Positions 1 to 9,554 of a DNA stretch of 62,354 bases are shown here, piece after piece (the stretch's first letter is position 1; every line of letters begins with the position of its first letter). A model generated the notes under the pieces. That model saw only the letters and a list, made by a program, of their open reading frames with translations, was not told the origin of the DNA and searched no databases. The DNA is from a bacterium (GTDB taxonomy: Bacteria > UBP18 > UBA7526). Made by a program: the position numbers and the translations under genes. The stretch spans positions 1 through 62,354 of the forward strand of contig JAUXAI010000003.1 of assembly GCA_030619985.1 (NCBI GenBank). Direction: 5' to 3'.

Positions 1-560
1 AGCCCCTTTTCCGCCAAATGGCAGATGATATGGCCTATGGTAATATGTACTTCCTGAATCCGAGGAACATCGTCTGAGGGGACAACCAAGGGAAGATCTA
101 CTAAGTTCTTTAATTTCCCTCCCCCCTTTCCTATAAAGCCAATGGTTCTCATCCCAAGTTCTTTTGCCTTCTTCACCCCCTCCAGAATATTGGGTGAATT
201 CCCACTGGTTGAAATGGCGATGGCGACGTCTCCCTTCTTGGCCCAAGTCTCAATCTGCCGAGAAAAGATAGTCTCAAAGCCCTTATCATTCGCTTGGGCG
301 GTTACTAAGGATGAGTTGGTAGAGAGAGCTAAAGCAGGAAGAGCTTTTCTTTCTTTCTTAAATCTACAGACGAGTTCTGTGGCAATATGCTGGGCATCTG
401 CAGCAGAGCCTCCGTTGCCAAAGAGGAGAACTTTTCCTCCAGATCTGAAGGTCTCCATCACCCACTTGCTAGCCTCTGCTATTCTTTCTGCCAGTTCTTT
501 AGCAACTAATCTCTTTATTCTGGCACTCTCCTCCAATTCTCTTATCACTATTTCCCTCAT
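1..560 (-). CDS. gmhA: Phosphoheptose isomerase (3' end runs off the window; missing from the ORF track)
   Basis: Manual translation from ATG at 560 gives MREIVIRELEESARIKR...GNGGSAADAQH...STSGNSPN...IQEVHITIGHIICHLAEKG, the SIS-domain GmhA motifs. Confidence 0.93.
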   Translation of the reverse strand, partial: MREIVIRELEESARIKRLVAKELAERIAEASKWVMETFRSGGKVLLFGNGGSAADAQHIATELVCRFKKERKALPALALSTNSSLVTAQANDKGFETIFSRQIETWAKKGDVAIAISTSGNSPNILEGVKKAKELGMRTIGFIGKGGGKLKNLVDLPLVVPSDDVPRIQEVHITIGHIICHLAEKG

Positions 561-562
561 TC

Positions 563-594
563 CTTTCCCACTTTCCCACTTTCTCACTTTCTCA
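563..594. repeat. Tandem 8-mer CTTTCYCA x4 in the gmhA 5' region
   Basis: ctttccca ctttccca ctttctca ctttctca. Confidence 0.85.
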
Positions 595-617
595 CTCCCC
601 TACTTTTTACTGGAAAT

Positions 618-646
618 AGTATATCACACTTTTAGAATTTTTTCTA
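618..646 (-). promoter_or_regulatory. Putative sigma70 promoter for gmhA
   Basis: Minus strand TAGAAA-17 bp-TATACT with extended -10 TG. Confidence 0.55.
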
Positions 647-763
647 CCCCACACCTTTCTAATATTCACCCAGCACCTTTTACTTGGAAGTATCCTTCTG
701 TAACAGAAAGGTGCTGGGTTCATTTTTTACCTTACTACTTTGAATAGATAAAAGGTGCGGGGT
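646..763. mobile_element. Nested MITE-like elements with ACCC(C/A)GCACCTTT-type terminal inverted repeats
   Basis: Outer TIRs 646-658/751-763 (12/13 match); inner TIRs 668-680/707-719 (13/13) flanked by TC on both sides. Confidence 0.75.
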
Positions 764-1501
764 CCACTCTATCAAGACTGCCCGGGCAGAAAAGATCCCC
801 GCCCGGGAGACCTTGGCCAGAAGAAGAATCTTCTCTGTGGTAGAGAGCCAAGCAGTAGCCTGTCCCTTCCTCTTCGTTTCACCTTCAAGCGTCAGACTCT
901 GAGGAACGAGGATGAAGGCTTGATGATGACCATCCTTAGTATGAATACGCTCCTCTCCTTTAACTTTGAGAGTGAGAAGATAGTTATGCCTTCCACAGTT
1001 TATGGGAACCTGGATCACCTCATCAGTCTTAAGGTTTAGAGTGCGCAGGTAATAGTAAACCGATACTGAATCCTGGACCCTGGGAGGTATCTTTATCTCT
1101 TTCCCTTTGCGATAGGCAATATGCCTCTCCTGATTATAGATAATGACTTCATCCTTCCTATACTTCCCCTCCTCAAGGTGGGCTTCATACCGGTGAGGAT
1201 AGAACTCTTTTGTATCCAGATAGGTCTCCAGCCTATCGTTTATTCTATAGAAGAGGCTGAAAAAGGGAGTGGTCTGGGCAATAACCACTATGTGATATAC
1301 CTCATGCCCATCAAGATCTATTATTTCCTTTATCTCTAAAGTGACATAACCAGCAGTAACACCGAAGGCTTTTATGGCAAAGACCATCCTCTCCCCCACT
1401 TCAAAGGGAGGATTTGATTTGGTCGGTTCTGAAAAAAGATTTACTGGTTTTAATAAAGTAAGAAGTAAAATTAGAACGAATATAGTTTTCTTCTTATTCA
1501 T
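680..1501 (-). CDS. DUF3108-like exported protein
   Basis: Likely start MNKKKTIFVLILLL (signal peptide); PFxVGE motif and QDSVSVYYYLR resemble DUF3108. The longer ORF-track N-terminus is repeat-derived. Confidence 0.7.
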   Translation of the reverse strand: MNKKKTIFVLILLLTLLKPVNLFSEPTKSNPPFEVGERMVFAIKAFGVTAGYVTLEIKEIIDLDGHEVYHIVVIAQTTPFFSLFYRINDRLETYLDTKEFYPHRYEAHLEEGKYRKDEVIIYNQERHIAYRKGKEIKIPPRVQDSVSVYYYLRTLNLKTDEVIQVPINCGRHNYLLTLKVKGEERIHTKDGHHQAFILVPQSLTLEGETKRKGQATAWLSTTEKILLLAKVSRAGIFSARAVLIEWTPHLLSIQSSKVKNEPSTFLLQKDTSK

Positions 1502-1505
1502 CTTT

Positions 1506-1600
1506 ATTCGCGATGATTCGCGTTCCTCTTTATATTCGCGATAATTCGCGTTTTCTTTATTCGCGACTATTCGCATCTTCTCTATTCGCGATGATTCGCG
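1506..1600. repeat. ATTCGCG array, 8 copies in four 10-bp-spaced pairs
   Basis: Copies start at 1506/1516, 1534/1544, 1559/1569 (ATTCGCA), 1584/1594. Confidence 0.9.
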
Positions 1601-2579
1601 TCTTAACTGCAGAAAAAACCTCATCCACAGTTATTAACTTCATACAATCGAGCCTCTTACATTTATGTCTCCAGCATCCCCGACAGGGCAGATCCTTCTC
1701 AATAACTGTATGCCCTTCTCCATAGGGTCCGTTCCTCACAGAGTCTGTTGGCCCGATGAGAGCCACCGTAGGAATATTCAGGGCACAAGCAATATGCAGA
1801 GGTCCCGTTTCTCCCCCAATAAATAATCTACATTTGGAGATAAGGCAGGCAAGTTCTTTTAGGTTCGTCTTGCAAGAAATGATGGGTCTATTCTCTGTTA
1901 TCTTTGCTATTCTATCGATAGAATTTTTATCCCCGGCCCCCCAAAGAAGGATTGCTTTGACTTTTAACTCTTCTATTAGTCGATCCACTAATTCTGCCCA
2001 TCTCTCCTCTGGCCAGAGCTTGGAGGGCCAGCTGGCCCCCGGATGCAGGGCAATTAAGAGATCGCTTGAGGTAATTCCCTTCTCCCTTAAAAAATTAGTG
2101 ATATATTCTCTATTTTCGTGGGATACGGGAATGATAAATTCTTTCTTCTTAACCTCTATCCCTAAAGGGCGAAGGAGGCTTAGGTTCTTATCGATGACGT
2201 GTCTATCCTCTTCTCCTGGAGTAACTCTTTGGTTGAGGAATAGGCGGCTCAACTCTCGACTATTTGCTCTACTGAAGCCGAGCCTCACCTCAGCACCGCT
2301 TACGAAGGTCAAGAAGCCACTTCTAAAAAGACCCTGCAGATCGATAGCTAGATCAAAGTTTAATGAGCGTAGCTTTTTAGCTGTCTTTCTAGGCCCTTCA
2401 TAGCTAATGACCTCATCCAAATGGGGATGGTTGATAATGATATTGGCTATCTGCTTCTTCACTACCCAGGCAATGTAACTTTTAGGAAATTTCTTTCTTA
2501 GGGCACTTAAGACTGGTAGGGTATGAACTACATCCCCAATGGAACTAAGCTTAACAATTAAAATTCTCTTGAAATCCAT
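1557..2579 (-). CDS. waaC: LPS heptosyltransferase (GT9, WaaC-like)
   Basis: RILIVKLSSIGDVVHTLP, DLQGLFRS, HPGASWPSKLWP and ETGPLHIA motifs. Confidence 0.8.
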   Translation of the reverse strand: MDFKRILIVKLSSIGDVVHTLPVLSALRKKFPKSYIAWVVKKQIANIIINHPHLDEVISYEGPRKTAKKLRSLNFDLAIDLQGLFRSGFLTFVSGAEVRLGFSRANSRELSRLFLNQRVTPGEEDRHVIDKNLSLLRPLGIEVKKKEFIIPVSHENREYITNFLREKGITSSDLLIALHPGASWPSKLWPEERWAELVDRLIEELKVKAILLWGAGDKNSIDRIAKITENRPIISCKTNLKELACLISKCRLFIGGETGPLHIACALNIPTVALIGPTDSVRNGPYGEGHTVIEKDLPCRGCWRHKCKRLDCMKLITVDEVFSAVKTRIIANREDANSRE

Positions 2580-2589
2580 ATTTCAACCT

Positions 2590-2832
2590 CAGTAACCAGT
2601 AACCAGTGAACAGTAACTAGAAGAATTAAATTCTAAATCTGTAATAGCCGATAACCAAGAAACAAACATTAAACATTAAACATTAAACAATAACCAATAA
2701 TCAATCATCAATAATCAAACTATTTGGGTATTGAAATTTGGATACTGGGATTTGTTTGGTCATTGTATCTTGTATCTTGGTGTTTGATTATTAGAATTCA
2801 GGACTGTAAACTGTAAACTGGTTACTGTAAAC
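2590..2832. repeat. Long inverted heptamer-repeat element, copy 1 (inverted relative to copies at 33.3 and 57.8 kb)
   Basis: Outer AGTAACC/GGTTACT arms; inner A-rich heptamers (AAACATT, AATAACC) followed by T-rich complements (GTATCTT, GGTGTTT). Confidence 0.85.
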
Positions 2833-2837
2833 TTCTT

Positions 2838-3101
2838 TTACTTTCTATATTCTGGCAGGTTATACATCTTAAACTGCTTATAAACTTTTAATTTCTTCTT
2901 TCCAGAAAGAATATCCTTGAATAATTCATCAAGTTCTTTTACTAAGTCGTTTCTCTGCCTCTTTAATATCAAAAGTTTCTTTTTACATTCTTCGATATGC
3001 TTTTTAGAAACATCCTTTCTCTTCGTCTCTTCCTCCATATGGAAGCATTTCTGTTCAAAGATACTTATCTTATCCACTAAACTTCCGATGGTTTCAGCCA
3101 T
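2838..3101 (-). CDS. DUF4254-like protein, C-terminal half
   Basis: ETIGSLVDKISI...FHM...KVYKQFKMYN resembles the C-terminal part of DUF4254. Confidence 0.7.
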   Translation of the reverse strand: MAETIGSLVDKISIFEQKCFHMEEETKRKDVSKKHIEECKKKLLILKRQRNDLVKELDELFKDILSGKKKLKVYKQFKMYNLPEYRK

Positions 3102-3307
3102 TATTGCTTTCCCTTTTTACTCAAGGCAATAGCACATTCATCAATGGCTTCAATGAGATCGTTCCTTCTTTGATTCAATCTATCGATCCTCCTCTTTGCC
3201 TGAGCAACAACTTTGTCATCTTTACTTCTCGCCTTATCCTCCTCATGCCATAGAGCAATATTGACCTTAGCCAATTCATTCACTAACTGAGCAAATGTCT
3301 TCTTCAT
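3101..3307 (-). CDS. DUF4254-like protein, N-terminal half
   Basis: [12 protein letters not shown]...[19 protein letters not shown]; likely start MKKTF at 3307; TAATG overlap with the downstream ORF. Confidence 0.7.
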   Translation of the reverse strand: MKKTFAQLVNELAKVNIALWHEEDKARSKDDKVVAQAKRRIDRLNQRRNDLIEAIDECAIALSKKGKQ

Positions 3308-3309
3308 CT

Positions 3310-3879
3310 TTATCTCTCCTTCATCAAAACCCATTCTACTGCGTGATATAAATCTTCAGCAGTATGATCTGGATTTATTCCTTTATTTTTACTTCTCCTT
3401 CCATAGCCAGTTAAGACTAATATTCCCTTTACCCATACATTCTGGGCCAACCTTATATCATCTACCTTATCTCCAATAACATAGCACCTCTTCAAATCTA
3501 AATTAAATCTTCTCGCTGCTTTTAAGAGCATCCCGGGTTTGGGCTTCCGGCAATTACAGTTCTTCTTATATTGGGGAGAACCAAACTTGGGATGGTGGGG
3601 GCAGTAATAAATTTCATCCAGATGTGCCCCTTCTTTTTTAAGAAGCCTTTTTAATTTGCTATGTATTTTCTTAACTGCTTCTTCAGTAAAATAGCCTCGT
3701 GCCACTCCTGATTGATTAGAAATCACAATGGTCAGAATTCTTTTTTTGTTCAACAGTCTTATTGCTTCTCCAGAGTAAGAAATAAGCCTAAGTTTCTTGG
3801 CATCCTTCAGATAGCCCATCTCTTCTGTAATGGTGCCATCCCGATCCATAAAGACTGCTATTCTATTTCCCTTTGCCAA
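3310..3879 (-). CDS. gmhB: D,D-heptose 1,7-bisphosphate phosphatase
   Basis: DRDGT HAD motif, [14 protein letters not shown]...[15 protein letters not shown]. Confidence 0.93.
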   Translation of the reverse strand: MAKGNRIAVFMDRDGTITEEMGYLKDAKKLRLISYSGEAIRLLNKKRILTIVISNQSGVARGYFTEEAVKKIHSKLKRLLKKEGAHLDEIYYCPHHPKFGSPQYKKNCNCRKPKPGMLLKAARRFNLDLKRCYVIGDKVDDIRLAQNVWVKGILVLTGYGRRSKNKGINPDHTAEDLYHAVEWVLMKER

Positions 3880-4834
3880 TTAATTCTCCTAAAATCTTAA
3901 TCATCTTTTCCATAGAGTGACGCCAGGTATAATGGGCATAGACCCATTCCTGGCCCGCCCGGGCAATTCTCTCTCGCTCCTCTGGTTTATCCAGATAATA
4001 TTTAACGAGATCGATACACTCCTGATATCTATTGGACCAGGGATATTTCTTTCTTGTATTATACCAGACAAGATGCTTTCTGTTAGTAAACCATCTCTCT
4101 AACCGAGGAGTATAAGAAGTAATATGGAATCCCCGGCAGGCTAAGGTTAAAAAAGTTCGATCAGAAAAGTAGTCCGGAATAGTATTATTATCATTTAATC
4201 CTAAGACAATCTTAGCGCTGGAGCAGACCTTGGCGAACTCCTCAGGCTCTACCCATTCCTTCTGAACCGGAAAGCCTTTCGGCCAATCTCTTCCCCAGAT
4301 CTTCAAATTAAAACCAGCCTTCATAACCTTTTTTAAAAGATTTTCTCTTCCTGCTTTACCTACTCCAATAAAAGCTACTTCACATTGATACTCTGAAAAA
4401 TCTGAAGGAAGATATCTGTGAACCTCTGCATCACATCCCTCCCAGAGATGAAAGACATTCTTGACTCCTAAACGTTTATACTTTTTAATTAATCCTCCAG
4501 CGGTAAGGAAGAAGGAATCAGAAGCCTTTGCTAAGCGTACTATCCATCTCTTAATTGGAGAGTCCATATAACGAAAGGAAACATGACAGATTTTCTTAAT
4601 TTCCTCTAATGTCTCAGGGAAAATTCCATCCCCTTTCAACAATAAGAAAACATCCGGTTTCTTCTCTTTTGTTAGATTAATCATCTCTTCTTGTAACCTT
4701 TCATCGCCATATTTCTCCCGCTCCTTACGATAATCAAAGGGCACTATTTCTTGCCCTAATTTCTCCAAAGTCTTCTTCATAAAAGAGACGGTAGAAGAAG
4801 GTTTATCTAAAGGACCGGCCAAGATAATCTTCAT
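3863..4834 (-). CDS. CgeB-like glycosyltransferase
   Basis: EGCD...VAFIG...SAKIVLG...SDRTFLTLACRGF; likely start MKIILAG at 4834. Confidence 0.75.
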   Translation of the reverse strand: MKIILAGPLDKPSSTVSFMKKTLEKLGQEIVPFDYRKEREKYGDERLQEEMINLTKEKKPDVFLLLKGDGIFPETLEEIKKICHVSFRYMDSPIKRWIVRLAKASDSFFLTAGGLIKKYKRLGVKNVFHLWEGCDAEVHRYLPSDFSEYQCEVAFIGVGKAGRENLLKKVMKAGFNLKIWGRDWPKGFPVQKEWVEPEEFAKVCSSAKIVLGLNDNNTIPDYFSDRTFLTLACRGFHITSYTPRLERWFTNRKHLVWYNTRKKYPWSNRYQECIDLVKYYLDKPEERERIARAGQEWVYAHYTWRHSMEKMIKILGELIGKGK

Positions 4835-4893
4835 TTTACATTTTGCCTGTCTGCCGACGAGGCAGGCACTTTGCATTGATAATTTTGCATTGA
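4835..4893. repeat. TTTGCAT-type repeats interrupted by the REP-like palindrome TGCCTGTCTGCCGACGAGGCAGGCA (4844-4868)
   Basis: Read directly from the sequence. Confidence 0.7.
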
Positions 4894-6006
4894 CTATTTA
4901 TCATAGTATTCCCTGGTTACTTGTTCATAGACCTTCATAGTTTCATCAGCCATCTTCTTCCAACTAAACAGTTTTGCCCTTTCCAGACCTTTTTTAATAT
5001 ACTCTTCCCTTAGTTTATCATCTTCTAACATTTTGGCTATTTTCTCAAAGATATCATCTTCATCCTGAGGATCAAAGTATAATCCAGCATTCCCGACCAC
5101 TTCAGGAAAAGCACTAGTCTGAGAAGTAACCACTGGACAGCCACTGGCCATAGCCTCTAAATTAGGTAATCCGAATCCTCCCAATAAATCAGTACAGATA
5201 TAGATATCTGCCGCATTATAATAGAGGTTGAAGTAATCTTCTATAAATCCTACTCTCAGCACCTCATCATTCAGTCTTAACTCATCTATTAACTTAGTTA
5301 TAGAATCTGAGGTCAGTCCCACCCTGATAAGCATAAGGTCTTTGAATCTTTTCTGTAAGCGATGAAATACTCTGATTAACCTCTCTATATTCTTATTCTC
5401 GTTTTCCGTGCCCACGTTAAGTAAAATTTTTTTATCTAGTGGTAAATTTAAGGCTTTCCTTGCTTCTTCCTTATTTCTCCTTCTATATATTTCGTGATTA
5501 ACCCCAAGGTAAATGACTTTTATCTTTTCTGGATCAATATCTAATATCTCAATCAAATCCTTTCTTGTGCTCTGGGAGATAGCGATAATATGCTCTGCTT
5601 CCCTAAGGAATTGAAAAGACCTTCTTACTGTCTCAAGATGGGTACCAGAATAGAGACCGCCCTTTAAAGGAACAAGGTCTATGGCCGTCGCTATCGCTGG
5701 CCTTCTATATCTAATAAGGCTCAAGAAGACATGGCTTTGAAAATGAGAGAGGTCATATTTCGGTATCTTGCAAAGTAACTGTCTGTCCCTCAAGTGCTTG
5801 GTGCGATAGGTTATTATTCTTGTAGGAGGAATATCCCATCTGATCCTGCGGCTCTCCCTGAGCCGAATACACATCACCTCTTCTATATTATTCAAATTAT
5901 CCTTTAAATTCCAGAATAACTCCCGGGCAATAACTCCTCCAGGACATCCCGGAGGTCCATCCCTGATAATTCCAATCTTCAAGTCTCTCATTGATAGCGA
6001 GTCCAC
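4894..6006 (-). CDS. Glycosyltransferase family 4 (MtfB-like)
   Basis: IIAISQSTRKDL, GFGLPNLEAMASGCPVV. Confidence 0.88.
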   Translation of the reverse strand: MDSLSMRDLKIGIIRDGPPGCPGGVIARELFWNLKDNLNNIEEVMCIRLRESRRIRWDIPPTRIITYRTKHLRDRQLLCKIPKYDLSHFQSHVFLSLIRYRRPAIATAIDLVPLKGGLYSGTHLETVRRSFQFLREAEHIIAISQSTRKDLIEILDIDPEKIKVIYLGVNHEIYRRRNKEEARKALNLPLDKKILLNVGTENENKNIERLIRVFHRLQKRFKDLMLIRVGLTSDSITKLIDELRLNDEVLRVGFIEDYFNLYYNAADIYICTDLLGGFGLPNLEAMASGCPVVTSQTSAFPEVVGNAGLYFDPQDEDDIFEKIAKMLEDDKLREEYIKKGLERAKLFSWKKMADETMKVYEQVTREYYDK

Positions 6007-6064
6007 TCACCCACTCCTTTTGTTCTCAATTAGTCCTTTAACTTCTGTTAATTTTTGTCTATTG

Positions 6065-6667
6065 TTATCCTAATGCCTGTAATGTGCGGAAGATATGATG
6101 GGCTTCTGGAGAAATAGATATTATTCTTCCGCAAGCTTTACAACGCATCGAAATAGCGTTTTTCTTCTCTTGATGGAGAAATAGTTTTTGGCCACAGATA
6201 CAGATAAATCCCTTGAGCCGAGCCGGATTTCCCATCACTAATCCGTGAGCTGGAATATCTTCGGTGACTACCGCTCCTGCTCCTATCATGGCATACTCAT
6301 TAATAGTAACCCCGCAGACTATAGTTGCATTGGCCCCTATTGAAGCACCTCTTTTAACCGTGGTTCCCATAATCTCCCATTTTTCATTAAAGGCTCGAGG
6401 GAAGAGATCGTTGGTAAAGGTTGCATGGGGACCGACTAGGACATTACTCTTAATGACTACCCCTTTATAGACGGAGACCCCATTCTGAATTTTAACATTA
6501 TCGCCTATATGAACATCAACATCGATATAGACCGATTTGCCGATAGTACAGTTATGACCAATAACCGCTCCTTCTCTAATCTGTGCTTGATGCCAAATTT
6601 TAGTATTTTTACCAATCTTGGCCTGGTTCGAGACCTCAGCTGTGGGATGAATATAAATCTCACCCAT
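6065..6667 (-). CDS. Hexapeptide-repeat sugar N-acetyltransferase (WbpD/WlbB-like) with C-terminal Cys cluster
   Basis: IHPTAEV...KIWH...KIQNGVSVYKGV...FTND.PRA...GNPAR, followed by CICG/CKAC. Confidence 0.85.
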   Translation of the reverse strand: MGEIYIHPTAEVSNQAKIGKNTKIWHQAQIREGAVIGHNCTIGKSVYIDVDVHIGDNVKIQNGVSVYKGVVIKSNVLVGPHATFTNDLFPRAFNEKWEIMGTTVKRGASIGANATIVCGVTINEYAMIGAGAVVTEDIPAHGLVMGNPARLKGFICICGQKLFLHQEKKNAISMRCKACGRIISISPEAHHIFRTLQALG

Positions 6668-7754
6668 CTTTAAACACCTCCTTCATTAGAACATCCAGTA
6701 TTTTCTCTGTAGCGCCGCCTGAGAGCGGACAGGGAATAAAGCGAAGACGTTCTAATTCTGCCTTATCCCGCAATAACTCCTTTATCTTTGAGATTATAGA
6801 TCGATAACTTACCCCTATTAAAAGGTTCTTTCCCACATTTACCAGTTCTTTCCATTCCGTCTCCTTTCTCAATATAAGACAGGGAACATTAAGTAGGGCA
6901 CCCTCTGTCTGTATCCCCCCTGAATCGGTGAGGATGAAGTTCGCCTCACTCATAAGCTTGAGAAAATCTATATATCCTAAAGGAGCAATCAACTTTATTT
7001 GAGGAGCTAAAGAAATACCTACCTTCTTGAGGACGGCTTGGGTGCGGGGATGAATGGGAAAGACTATCGGGGTGAGAATTGAGAGATCGTTTATCGCCTG
7101 AAAAACGTCCTTCAAGATAACTACTTCATCTGTAGTCTCTGCCCGATGTAGGGTTAGTAGAAGATATTTTCCCGATAGCAAAGCTAATTTCTCCAAAATC
7201 CTTGATTTCTGCGCTAGCGCCTTATTGCGTAAGACGGCATCTAGAGAGGTATCACCAACCATCCTTATTCGCTGAGAATCTATTCCCTCCTGCAGCAGAT
7301 TCTCATATGTAATTTTATCAGGAGTAAACAATAGATCAGCACAATGGTCAACCAGAACCCGATTAATCTCCTCCGGGGCATGGCGATTGAAAGAACGGCA
7401 GCCAGACTCTATATGAATAAGTCTAACCCCTAATTTAGAGGCGGCCAGGGCGCCAGCTAAGGTAGAGTTGGTATCTCCTTGGACAATTACCACCTCACTG
7501 CCCGTTTTCCGGATAATCCTCTCAATGCCCATCATCATAGTTCCTGTCTGATAGGCATGGGTGCCAGAACCGACTTCCAAGAGATAATCCGGTTTTCTCA
7601 GATTCAGCTCCTTAAAAAAGACTTTATCCATTTGGAAAGAGTAGTGCTGTCCAGTATGAAGCAGCAAATGATCACATCTCTTATCCAGTAAGGGGACAAG
7701 AGAAGAAAGTTTAATTATCTCTGGCCGTGTCCCAAGAACAGTTAAAACCTTCAA
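6660..7754 (-). CDS. wecB: UDP-N-acetylglucosamine 2-epimerase (non-hydrolysing)
   Basis: GTRPEIIK, HTGQHY, QGDTNS, PEEINR, TDSGGIQ. Confidence 0.92.
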   Translation of the reverse strand: MKVLTVLGTRPEIIKLSSLVPLLDKRCDHLLLHTGQHYSFQMDKVFFKELNLRKPDYLLEVGSGTHAYQTGTMMMGIERIIRKTGSEVVIVQGDTNSTLAGALAASKLGVRLIHIESGCRSFNRHAPEEINRVLVDHCADLLFTPDKITYENLLQEGIDSQRIRMVGDTSLDAVLRNKALAQKSRILEKLALLSGKYLLLTLHRAETTDEVVILKDVFQAINDLSILTPIVFPIHPRTQAVLKKVGISLAPQIKLIAPLGYIDFLKLMSEANFILTDSGGIQTEGALLNVPCLILRKETEWKELVNVGKNLLIGVSYRSIISKIKELLRDKAELERLRFIPCPLSGGATEKILDVLMKEVFKDG

Positions 7755-8872
7755 TCTCTTTTGCTCCCGACTAATTCTGCCAACTTCTTCTCTAAGAATA
7801 GTGCCCTATTCGCCACAGTATCAATCTTTAATTTATGAGAAAGAATCTGTTGACGAGCAGATTCTACTTTAGACTTCACTACTCCCCAGTTATTAATAAG
7901 AAATTGAATCTTTTTTGCTAAAGCCTGAACATCGTTATTGGGTACATACTCCAGGGCATCCCCATAGAGTTCCCTCATATAGGGAACATCAAAGGTAATG
8001 CAGGGCTTTCCCATTAACAGTTCTTCTGCCGGAGGGATTCCAGACCAGATCTGCACTCCAAATATCGATTCCTGAATTACTCGGAATTTCTTCTCTCCGG
8101 CAAATTCTCCTAAGAATTTACATTGCACTTTCTTCTTCCTCGCTAATCTTTTTAGAAATCTCTTCTCTTTCCCCCCACCTATGATAACTAATAGTGGAGG
8201 ATTACTTAATAAACTTAAAGCCTCAATGGTCATATGAATTCTTTTATGAGGGGTAAGGCGGGCAATGGTTATTATCTGGTACCTTTCCTTCGCCTTTTCA
8301 TTGAATAATTTATTCGCTGTCTCTGTTTCCATGAAGGGATAGAAAAAATCGCATTCTACCCTAGTCCCAAGGAATTGTTCCAGGGGTTTCACAAATTCCC
8401 TCCCCGCCAGGGTCCTCATATCAGCCTGCAACCAAGCCTGAAAGATTCGTCTATAATATCTGCTCCATCCAACAGTATCGATCTTGACATTATTATGATA
8501 GCCCCATTCTTTAGAATCTTCTAACCCCACCCGAAAAGGTGGAACCCATTCCGCATGGGAAAGGAGTGGAACTTTAAAGCGCTCCCGAAACAACACTCCT
8601 GCTTCACACACCATCTCCCCAGCACTATAGATCACATCATAGGTATGGGAGGGAAAAGAAAAGACTATCTCTCTATTCACCTTTCCTGAACTCATTGGTA
8701 AACGGTAAATTTCTAATCCCGGCATGCGCTTTAGTTTTCTATACTCTCCATATTTCTCAATTCTAGTAACTACCAAGGTAATCCTATGGCCCAACTTAAG
8801 TAACTCTTCGACTAAGTGAAGGAAGGGTGGTTTAAAACCCACAATAGAATGGCCTAAAAAAAGTATTTTCAT
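7751..8872 (-). CDS. Glycosyltransferase family 4 (divergent)
   Basis: ITIARLTPHKRI...IIGGG...GIPPAEELLMGKPCI, GT-B C-terminal domain. Confidence 0.75.
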   Translation of the reverse strand: MKILFLGHSIVGFKPPFLHLVEELLKLGHRITLVVTRIEKYGEYRKLKRMPGLEIYRLPMSSGKVNREIVFSFPSHTYDVIYSAGEMVCEAGVLFRERFKVPLLSHAEWVPPFRVGLEDSKEWGYHNNVKIDTVGWSRYYRRIFQAWLQADMRTLAGREFVKPLEQFLGTRVECDFFYPFMETETANKLFNEKAKERYQIITIARLTPHKRIHMTIEALSLLSNPPLLVIIGGGKEKRFLKRLARKKKVQCKFLGEFAGEKKFRVIQESIFGVQIWSGIPPAEELLMGKPCITFDVPYMRELYGDALEYVPNNDVQALAKKIQFLINNWGVVKSKVESARQQILSHKLKIDTVANRALFLEKKLAELVGSKRD

Positions 8873-9537
8873 CTTACTTTTTCCTTGGTGTTAGTGGCAG
8901 CCACAATTAATCTATCGCCAAATTGGGGAAAAATATCGCATATTTTACGATTAACAAGATAGCCTTTGTGTCCAAAAAGTCTAATTGTCATTCCGGAAGA
9001 GGTTATTCTTTTGATTTTGAACCCGGGTTTAAGAAATATTTCTTTAATAAGATCGTGGATTTCATATACCCGAAGATGGGCACTGCCCGCAGTACCAGCA
9101 TAGAATGGTCTTCGTCCTCGTAAAAGTCTTAATCTATTTACCAGACTGGCAACATTTGGGGTGCTAAGAACTAATAAGCCATCCTTTTTGAGAACTCTCG
9201 TGCATTCTCCCATCACGAACTTCTCGTTCGTTATATGTTCTATCACCTCAGCCATAATCACAACATCAAACTCATTTGCTCTAAAGGGCCAATCCTCGGT
9301 GATATCCCCCATTACTACCTTAACACCTTTCCTACGGGCAATAGTGATACACTCCTCATCGAGTTCCATACCAATAACTTCAAAATCATTCTTTAATTCC
9401 TTTGCTATAATTCCCTTTCCTAACCCTACATCAAGCAACTTTCTTCCTTTCCCATGACATTTTACTAAATCAATGATTCTTGCCAGCCGACTATTCTCCT
9501 CAGCATGTTCTGTAGGGTCTAACTTTTCTTTCTCCAT
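8869..9537 (-). CDS. Class I SAM-dependent methyltransferase
   Basis: LLDVGLGKG, FDVVIMAEVIEH, LSTPN. Confidence 0.88.
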   Translation of the reverse strand: MEKEKLDPTEHAEENSRLARIIDLVKCHGKGRKLLDVGLGKGIIAKELKNDFEVIGMELDEECITIARRKGVKVVMGDITEDWPFRANEFDVVIMAEVIEHITNEKFVMGECTRVLKKDGLLVLSTPNVASLVNRLRLLRGRRPFYAGTAGSAHLRVYEIHDLIKEIFLKPGFKIKRITSSGMTIRLFGHKGYLVNRKICDIFPQFGDRLIVAATNTKEKVR

Positions 9538-9554
9538 AATAAATTTCCTTACAA

